Shown: positions 1 through 6,535 of the stretch, piece by piece | Numbering within the stretch: the stretch's first letter is position 1 | Layout of the letters: each line of letters starts with the position of its first letter | Origin: an uncultured Gammaproteobacteria bacterium | GTDB lineage: Bacteria; Pseudomonadota; Gammaproteobacteria; Xanthomonadales; Xanthomonadaceae | DNA: 64,000 nt | Direction: 5' to 3' | Assembly (NCBI GenBank): GCA_963816945.1 | Contig: CAWFMH010000002.1 | Coordinates: forward strand, 18,500 to 82,499 | Program-made: the position numbers and the translations under genes | The notes under the pieces: model-generated | What the model saw: the letters and a program-made list of their open reading frames with translations, nothing else | What the model was told of the DNA's origin: nothing | Database searches by the model: none

Positions 1-259
1 TGGTGCGGGCGGCAACGGGATACGACCTGCTGTCCTACGACCTCTAGCCGCATCGCCGCGCGGTTCGATCTTGCGAGAACTGGGTCTCTGACGCCGTTCT
101 TGATGCAGACGTGGCACGCCGCCAGCTCGACGAGCAGGCAGTCGGTCCGACACGCCGTCCGCCCAAGACCGCGGGAGTTGATGGATGCGCGCCGAGTCGG
201 ACTTGGCGGCGGAAAGGGACGGTGCACACGATGTGCGCGCCGTTCCCCTGGAGACCGCG

Positions 260-1543
260 CTAGCGCAACGACTTGAACGCCGCGCGCATCTCCGATGCGA
301 AGAGCAGCGGCTCTTCCCACGCCGCGAAATGCCCGCCCTTGTCCACCTCGTTGAAATAGGTGAGGTTCGGGTAGCCGCCCTCCGCCCAGCGTCGAGAGGG
401 CTGGTAGATCTCGCCCGGGAAGACGGTAAACGCCGCCGGGATGGAGAATTTCTTGGGGCCGAAGTACGGGGGCTTGTTGTCCCAGTAGCTACGGGCTGCG
501 GAGATTCCGGTGTTTGTCAGCCAGTACAGGGTGATGTTGTCGAGCACGTCGTCCCGCGTCAGCCGCTCCGGGGGCTGACCTTCGGTCGGCGTGCGCATCG
601 CCGCGAGGACCGTCGCCGCCGGCTGATCGTCGCCGTCCCCGTGGTCGATAAGCCAGGCCGCGAGGGCGACAGGAGAATCGGCGAGTCCATAGAGCGTTTG
701 CGGACGCGTCGCCATTTCGATCGCGTAGGCCGCGTTCTTCACGAAGAAGCCCTGCAGCTTGTTGAGCGCGCGCCGCTCCTGCTCGCTGATATCGGGCGGC
801 GCAGGGGCTCCGAGCTGGACCGCGTTCGACACGTCGTCCGGGAGCGCGAATAGGAAGTTGGTGTGGATGGCCGCGAGCTCCGCGGGCGCCTCAACCGCCA
901 TGGCATCCGTGATCTGTCCCCCCACGTCGCCCCCTTGCGCGACGTATCGCATGTATCCAAGGCGCCCCATCAATACGATCCAGGCGCGCGCCATGCGGGC
1001 ATGATCCCAGCCGGTCGCCGTCGGCTTGCCAGAGAACCCGTAACCGGGGATCGAGGGGATCACGACGTCGAAGGCGTCATCCGCGCGGCCACCGAAGGCC
1101 GTGGGGTCGGTGAGCGGGCCGACGAGCTTGATCTGCTCGAGGATCGAGCCGGGCCATCCGTGCGAGATGATGACGGGCAGCGCGCCCTCGTGCTGCGAAC
1201 GCACGTGGATGAAGTGGATGTCGAGCCCGTCGATCTCGGTGATGAACTGAGGCAGGGCGTTGAGCTTCGTCTCGCACTTGCGCCAGTCGTAGTCCGTCGC
1301 CCAGTAGCGCGCGAGGTCCTGGAGTGGCGCGAGCGGCACGCCCTGCGACGTGTCCGAGACGGTCTCCTTCTCCGGCCACCGCGTGGCCTCGATGCGCCGA
1401 CGCAGGTCGACAAGTTCCGTTTCCGAAACATTGACTTGAAACGGACGAACGACGGCATCGTCGCTGGCATTCTGTTGTAGGACGGCATTCACGGCTGACT
1501 CCTTTCCGAATGGAAGACCAGGAAACGCTTGCGCGCGCAGCAT
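260..1543 (-). CDS. epoxide hydrolase-family alpha/beta hydrolase
   Basis: 427-aa ORF. N-terminal epoxide-hydrolase-type segment ('RPFQVNVSETELVDLRRRIEATRWPEKE'), then 'HGWPGS' and an alpha/beta-hydrolase core. The true start may be somewhat downstream of 1543. Confidence 0.8.
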   Translation of the reverse strand: MLRAQAFPGLPFGKESAVNAVLQQNASDDAVVRPFQVNVSETELVDLRRRIEATRWPEKETVSDTSQGVPLAPLQDLARYWATDYDWRKCETKLNALPQFITEIDGLDIHFIHVRSQHEGALPVIISHGWPGSILEQIKLVGPLTDPTAFGGRADDAFDVVIPSIPGYGFSGKPTATGWDHARMARAWIVLMGRLGYMRYVAQGGDVGGQITDAMAVEAPAELAAIHTNFLFALPDDVSNAVQLGAPAPPDISEQERRALNKLQGFFVKNAAYAIEMATRPQTLYGLADSPVALAAWLIDHGDGDDQPAATVLAAMRTPTEGQPPERLTRDDVLDNITLYWLTNTGISAARSYWDNKPPYFGPKKFSIPAAFTVFPGEIYQPSRRWAEGGYPNLTYFNEVDKGGHFAAWEEPLLFASEMRAAFKSLR

Positions 1544-1965
1544 CGCTTGCCGCTGCAGAGCCGCAGAATCGTCGTCTTGGCGTGATGAGGCGTTTGGTAC
1601 GTCCTCCTTTTTGCACGCAGCTACCCTTCACGTGAAGCGGACTCCACATGAAAACCATCTGTTTCGAAACTGATCGCTTCGAACGCGGCTGTGGCCAATC
1701 AGCAACGAACAAGCGTCGCAGGCGGCCGTTCACCGACACAAATGGTTGTGTCTATCGAGGTGCGCGTACTCCGTACGCAACGCACTTGGCGTAATAGCCC
1801 GAGAAGAACCGCGTGGCTCACCCGGTTGCCTGCAACCATTGCGGTTGCCGGGCGGTCATTCCCTACGCGTCTGCGAGCGAGTCTTTTATACGCCGCAGCC
1901 CGATGGGATAACGGCCGTTCGTCGGTTCGCTTGTAACGAGAACGCGGTTAGAGAACGGAGTCGGA

Positions 1966-2005
1966 GACCGTTCTCTTGAAAACGGCCTCTGACCCCGTTC
2001 TTTTT
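1966..2005. repeat. ~40-bp direct repeat, copy 1 (ends 4 nt from the GNAT stop)
   Basis: 'gaccgttctcttgaaaacggcctctgaccccgttcttttt' is about 36/40 identical to 2722-2758. It is preceded by further GAGAACGG/CCGTTCTC half-sites at 1940-1975. Confidence 0.75.
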
Positions 2006-2009
2006 CTTT

Positions 2010-2603
2010 CTAACGGCGAGGCCTACGAAGCATGGGTGTGACGAGCGGCGCCGCACCGACTTGGATTTCGCCTGTCACCTCGAAACCATGGCGCCGGTAG
2101 AACGGGATGTTCTCCGGTTTCGACGCCTCGAGGTACGCCAACGCTTGTTCCTGGTCGCAGCGGGCGAGCGCATGGCGCATCAACGCCGCTCCGATGCCTT
2201 TGCCTTGCGCATTCGGGTCGACGCCAATCTGCGGCAAATACCAATGCACCTCGCGGGGATGCGACTGTCCCATCTTCTCGAACGTCGCAAGCAGGTCGTC
2301 AAGGTGTTCGCGCTTTGCTGTGTCGCGGAACATCTTTTCGAGGGCCTCGCCGTTGGGCTCCACTCCGGGAGGCAACCAGAGTGCGGCGCCGCAGAAGTCT
2401 GCGGACACATAAGCCGTGCCGTGCTCGAAACAGCTGCCCGCGAACTCGCCGATGGCCAAGGGCATGGTCAGGAGGTAGTCGTGCGGAGAAGGCCAGGCGA
2501 ATCGCGCGGGCGGGTCTGCGATGAATGCAGCTACGATCGCTGCGACGGCGCGCGGCATCTCATCGGATGTGGCGCTACGTATCTGGATTGATGGTTGGGT
2601 CAT
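2010..2603 (-). CDS. GNAT-family N-acetyltransferase
   Basis: 197-aa ORF with an acetyl-CoA binding motif ('QGKGIGAALMRHAL') and a C-terminal 'FYRRHGFE' typical of GNAT folds. Confidence 0.85.
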   Translation of the reverse strand: MTQPSIQIRSATSDEMPRAVAAIVAAFIADPPARFAWPSPHDYLLTMPLAIGEFAGSCFEHGTAYVSADFCGAALWLPPGVEPNGEALEKMFRDTAKREHLDDLLATFEKMGQSHPREVHWYLPQIGVDPNAQGKGIGAALMRHALARCDQEQALAYLEASKPENIPFYRRHGFEVTGEIQVGAAPLVTPMLRRPRR

Positions 2604-2721
2604 TTCGTCCTCCGCTCATGGCCGCCCAACTACTGCATAGACGCCCATCGGTCCGGTGATTACATCCCGCGCTGCGGCGCGTTGCAGGCCGCGCAACTCC
2701 CTGATCATGAGTACGGTCAGC

Positions 2722-2758
2722 GACCGTTCTCTTGAAAATGGTCTCTGAACCCGTTTTT
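2722..2758. repeat. ~40-bp direct repeat, copy 2 (43 nt 3' of the effector gene stop)
   Basis: 'gaccgttctcttgaaaatggtctctgaacccgttttt' matches 1966-2005. Confidence 0.75.
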
Positions 2759-2800
2759 CGTGGATGGCAAGGTAGCCGGCAAAAGCATAGCGACTGCGGA

Positions 2801-4219
2801 TTAGATGCGCATCACCGGCGACGCTTGGGTTTCTTGGGCTCGCTGTTGCGCCAGTTGCGTTTGCTCTTGTGCAAGTCGCAGGTTCACCGCTTCAAGCATC
2901 GTATCCGACTCCGCGACAGGCGTTTGCGCAGCGGTCTCGGTTTTTATCACCGTGCGCAGGTGCGCCGGATCGCTGAGGCTGCCCTGGACGATGAACAGAT
3001 GCGCGCCGGGCGGCACGCTCTCGCTGGGCAGGACATGGTCGACTCGCTTGAAGCGCTCGCCCTTCGCCAGCGTCAGCAGGCTGTGGCTGATCCGCTCGCT
3101 CGTTTCGTCGAACTCGCGTCCATGGCGTCGATCGAGCTCGCGGATGTGGCCGCGGATCTGTTCGAGCATGGCGTGGTCGGGATGCTCGGGATCGGCGGGC
3201 GTACGCGAACCATCACTCGGCGCAACGGGCGCGTGCGTGTGGCTCTGATGCGTGTGATCGAAGGTACGACGTGCGTGCGGCGTTTGGCTACTGTCGAGGT
3301 AGGGCTTGGGTGTCGGATTGCCTCTGCCGATGAACAAGCCGTTCTCCTCCAGCAGCTTTTCGCTAAGCCCGAGCCGGTTCATGTCGACGATCATTCGCGG
3401 CTCTACGCCCTTGTGCGGTTTCGCATACGTGCTATCCACTTGTGCGGCATAACTGATCGCGGCTGCAGCGTAGTAATTGACGTAGTCGGAAGTACCGCGA
3501 TACCCGATTCTGGCCTTCCCTGGCGCCTTGTTAAAATAGTTCTGACCCATTGCTTCAATGTTCGCCGGCGTGTCGCTCAAGCTCATGTCTGCGTTCAAGG
3601 TCAGATTTGGCTTCAAGGTGTGAGTTGACGGAGAACCGCTGCTCTCGTCGATAAAATCCGACATCCTTGGCATATTCTTTTTGTAGACATCACCTATTGT
3701 CGCGTTTGGGCTCGCTGCTCGGACCTGGCCGACAAGCGCATTCCATCCTGCAATCTCTGCCTGGGCTTCATCGCGCCGGCTTGCTGCAAGTCTGGCGTCG
3801 ATGTCTGGCGTGTAGTCGTTGACAGGAGACTGGTCCTTTGCCTTGGCGAGAACGTGGTTCCGGAACGCTTTGTCTGCCTTCGCCACGTCTAGGCGGTTGA
3901 AGGCGTGCTGTAGTTCGTGGCCCAGAACAAAGGCGGGCTCCGCCATGTTGAACGGATGCCCCTGCTGAGTGGTGAGCATTGCGGGCGGCAACCTGATCGT
4001 TTGTCTGGCCGGATCAAATTCTCCTCCGGCATTCGTTCCACTTTGTAGCAACTCAAATCCTTTCAGATGACCACCCTGCACCGCGGCGTTGAGTTGTTCC
4101 ACCAAAGGTGGCGAGCTGTCAATGGTGGCTTGCAGGTTTGCCACCTGTTCCGGTGTAACACCTGGCTGCCGAGCGAATCGATTCATTACGGCTTGAACTT
4201 GCGGACTGATGTTTGACAT
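2801..4219 (-). CDS. putative X-T4SS (bacteria-killing type IV secretion) effector: HExxH N-terminal domain plus XVIPCD-like C-terminal domain
   Basis: 472-aa ORF with lower GC than the flanks and an AAGGA Shine-Dalgarno 5' of the ATG. 'GHELQHAF' zincin-type HExxH at residues 100-107. The last ~125 aa ('HPDHAMLEQIRGHIRELDRRHGREFDE...VDHVLPS...HLFIVQGSLSDPAHLR...') end in a Gln-rich tail ('LAQEQTQLAQQRAQETQ'), as in XVIPCD domains. The CDS is secure; the function is inferred. Confidence 0.6.
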   Translation of the reverse strand: MSNISPQVQAVMNRFARQPGVTPEQVANLQATIDSSPPLVEQLNAAVQGGHLKGFELLQSGTNAGGEFDPARQTIRLPPAMLTTQQGHPFNMAEPAFVLGHELQHAFNRLDVAKADKAFRNHVLAKAKDQSPVNDYTPDIDARLAASRRDEAQAEIAGWNALVGQVRAASPNATIGDVYKKNMPRMSDFIDESSGSPSTHTLKPNLTLNADMSLSDTPANIEAMGQNYFNKAPGKARIGYRGTSDYVNYYAAAAISYAAQVDSTYAKPHKGVEPRMIVDMNRLGLSEKLLEENGLFIGRGNPTPKPYLDSSQTPHARRTFDHTHQSHTHAPVAPSDGSRTPADPEHPDHAMLEQIRGHIRELDRRHGREFDETSERISHSLLTLAKGERFKRVDHVLPSESVPPGAHLFIVQGSLSDPAHLRTVIKTETAAQTPVAESDTMLEAVNLRLAQEQTQLAQQRAQETQASPVMRI

Positions 4220-4234
4220 GCCTCATTCCTTGAG

Positions 4235-4858
4235 TCATTTGATGACCACTATTGTCACGCACGCATGAGTAATTTTCTCTACAGGATCACTAGCCTCTCC
4301 CTGCGTAATGACTTCGATATAAAAGCCAGGCCGATAGAACCGATGTTCGATGAGTCGGCCGTGCTCGCCATAGATTGCTTCTTGACTGAAGTCCATCCGC
4401 TCCAGTTCGCGTGCGAAACTGTTGAAGTCGAGCTGGCAGATGGCCGTAGCAGGTGGATCCTTGCGACTTCCTCTCGGTTTAAAGCTGAAGATGAACACTG
4501 GACCGTCCATGCCGGTGCGATCGACATAGAAGCCATAGCTCCAGTCTTGCGTCAGGGTCTCAGCCGCGCCGAATCGATCCGGCCCATCGAAGTTCATCTG
4601 CAGACCCATGACGTTGGAAAGCTTTTCTGGCGTGAAGTCATCGATGGACTTGCTGCCACGTATCAATTCGAGCAGCTTCAGCATCGCGGCTTCGGCGCCG
4701 AACTTCGACTGCGGCAGCACTTCACTGCGCTCCTCCGTTGACATATCTGATTCCTCCTTGGTCAGTGCGGCTGGACTGGACGGGATTTGAGCGCACGCGG
4801 TGAGCGAAATCCCGAAAAGTGCTGCCATGCCGTACTTGTGTAAGCCATCCGTTGCCAT
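4235..4858 (-). CDS. lipoprotein, candidate cognate immunity protein (X-Tfi-like)
   Basis: 207-aa ORF with strong SD (AAGGAG) 7 nt 5' of the ATG at 4858. Signal peptide with lipobox 'SLTAC'. It ends 15 nt upstream of the effector ATG, the same immunity-then-effector order as known X-Tfi/X-Tfe pairs. Confidence 0.5.
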   Translation of the reverse strand: MATDGLHKYGMAALFGISLTACAQIPSSPAALTKEESDMSTEERSEVLPQSKFGAEAAMLKLLELIRGSKSIDDFTPEKLSNVMGLQMNFDGPDRFGAAETLTQDWSYGFYVDRTGMDGPVFIFSFKPRGSRKDPPATAICQLDFNSFARELERMDFSQEAIYGEHGRLIEHRFYRPGFYIEVITQGEASDPVEKITHACVTIVVIK

Positions 4859-4946
4859 CGCTTATCTCCTTATTTGTAGCGGTGCGAACACTTTGCGCAT
4901 GAGTCCTTCAATGACTAAACAGATCACTATCTGATGAGCGCAGGCG

Positions 4947-5414
4947 CTACGAGCTTTTGCAGCGAACATAGACCGACGCAGACTCACCATCACTGATCGT
5001 CAGATCGTCGCCACCCAGAACATAGATGACAGCGTCTTCCTGAATTTCTGGCGGGGCGATGTTGGAGATTGAAACGATCCGCCATGCGGAAGGCGCTTCC
5101 GATACTTTCATGGCCGACTTGAGCGATTCAGTGTGCTCGTATCCATGGAGCTCTCTGCCATCGATCTCGATCCTTGAGTCGCTTTCGTGTATGTCGATCG
5201 CGCGACACTTGCTGTCTGACAGGTCCCACGCCCCGCGTAATTCCGGAGGAAATACCGACTGCTGCGTGGCGATGGTTTCCGGAAACGAGGCGTCCTGTGC
5301 TCGGCTCGGACTCGCGTGGCTGGCCTGGCAGCTTTCGGCTGCCGACGCACGCGAGATCAGGAGCGAGGCGACGAGCGGGACGATGCAGATCCTTTGCATG
5401 AGCATGACTTCCAT
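4947..5414 (-). CDS. secreted hypothetical protein (Sec signal peptide)
   Basis: 155-aa ORF. 'MLMQRICIVPLVASLLISRASAAE' is a signal peptide; the ATG at 5405 has a better SD than 5414. No recognisable domain. Co-directional with the lipoprotein/effector genes and similarly low in GC. Confidence 0.5.
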   Translation of the reverse strand: MEVMLMQRICIVPLVASLLISRASAAESCQASHASPSRAQDASFPETIATQQSVFPPELRGAWDLSDSKCRAIDIHESDSRIEIDGRELHGYEHTESLKSAMKVSEAPSAWRIVSISNIAPPEIQEDAVIYVLGGDDLTISDGESASVYVRCKSS

Positions 5415-5518
5415 CCTGGAGTCCGTAGTTGCCCGCTCGTTTTACCTGTAGGCGCGCAAGCGATCAACCTTCGTGATCGACGCAGCCGAGGTTGCCGGCG
5501 ACGCACAAAGTGTCAGCG

Positions 5519-5815
5519 CCCGCCCGAAAAGAGCCGACGCCGACTCGTTCGGGCCGGACGGCCGAGCAAAATGCTCCGACGTCGGCACGCTCGTGCCTTG
5601 GCGCCAAGCCAAAAAGTCCCGAGGGCCACTCTGTTTGTCTCGGCGTCCGAGCAAAAAGAGGTCGCGCCCGACCGATCGAGCCTCGACGACGGAGCAAAAA
5701 GACCCGACGCCGAGGCGCTCGAGCTTGCGTGCCGAAGCAAAAAGACCCGAGGTCCGCCCTTCGAGGGCCGACGCCCACGCAAAAGGGGTCGTGGCCGGCA
5801 CTCCGCGGCTTGCGG
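5519..5815. repeat. degenerate ~42-bp tandem repeat with phased A-tracts (7 units)
   Basis: A4-A5 tracts start at 5527, 5568, 5611, 5653, 5696, 5739 and 5781 (spacing 41-43 bp). Each lies in a '(C)CGAGCAAAAAG' context followed by a short GC-rich dyad. All six frames are open here and none looks protein-like. Confidence 0.7.
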
Positions 5816-6058
5816 CCAAGGCTCATGGCGCCGCCGGCAACCCTCCGAGCCCGCCCAGGCGCGATCGAACGCAGCGACTCCGGTACGGAATCCACCAGCG
5901 AGGGGAAGGGATGACCGACGCCCGCGGCGCCCTGCCCGAGCGTCGACTGCCTGGTGCGAAAGGCCCTGCCGGGAATTCCAGAATTGCCGACCGCATTCGC
6001 ACTTGGGCCCGTCGTTGGGAGTAAGGTCGGCGCTCGCTTCGGGACTGGGGGGTGTCCG

Positions 6059-6460
6059 ATGCCGACTTTGCTTCGCAACGTCACGCTCGCCGTGCTGGCC
6101 CTGGCCAGCGGCGCGGTGGCTGCCCATGGCGGTGGATTGAACGCCGAGGGGTGTCACAACGACAGGAAGCACGGGGGCTATCACTGCCACCGCGGCGCCG
6201 CGTCGCGACCACCGCCCGCGCAGAACTTCGCGCCTGCTTCCGGTTTCGGCAATTCACGCGACGATGCTTCGGGCGGCTCGGCCTACCGCAACTGCACCGC
6301 CGCGCGCGCAGCGGGTGCGGCGCCGGTGCGGCGTGGGGATCCAGGGTATGGCACGCATTTGGATCGGGATGGGGATGGGCGGGCTGTGAGTAGCAGGAAC
6401 GCATCCTCTCTTGTCTCAGATTCTGGCCCGAGAGCAAGCCTCAGCGTCCTGTCCACTTAG
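6059..6460 (+). CDS. secreted YHYH-motif / Excalibur-domain protein (3' end apparently frameshifted)
   Basis: ATG at 6059. Signal peptide 'MPTLLRNVTLAVLALASGAVAAHG', a 'GLNAEGCHNDRKHGGYHCH' YHYH-type motif, then the Excalibur Ca-binding motif 'YRNCTAARAAGAAPVRRGDPGYGTHLDRDGDG'. The canonical terminal 'ACE-stop' is present but one frame off (see findings). Confidence 0.7.
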   Translation: MPTLLRNVTLAVLALASGAVAAHGGGLNAEGCHNDRKHGGYHCHRGAASRPPPAQNFAPASGFGNSRDDASGGSAYRNCTAARAAGAAPVRRGDPGYGTHLDRDGDGRAVSSRNASSLVSDSGPRASLSVLST

Positions 6461-6535
6461 CCATACGATTACAAGCGATCAGCTACTCGATGCGTTATCC
6501 GTAAGCACATAACTGTAATCAAAGAGAATGGAACA

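Noticed and set aside
1-47. Possible 3' end of a plus-strand gene ('...GYDLLSYDL-stop')
   Set aside because: Only 15 codons are visible, which is too little to identify the gene or even to confirm that it is coding.
2010-2603. GNAT gene as the toxin of a GNAT/RHH (TacT/AtaT-like) toxin-antitoxin pair
   Set aside because: There is no small antitoxin ORF adjacent on either side. The protein is longer than typical GNAT toxins and looks like an ordinary small-molecule acetyltransferase.
5316-6190. About eight mutually overlapping ORFs (125-274 aa) across the 5.4-6.1 kb region
   Set aside because: All six frames are open because of GC bias. The translations are Arg/Pro/Ala-rich and reflect the 42-bp DNA repeat, and there are no motifs. 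I treat the region as non-coding repeat DNA upstream of the YHYH/Excalibur gene.
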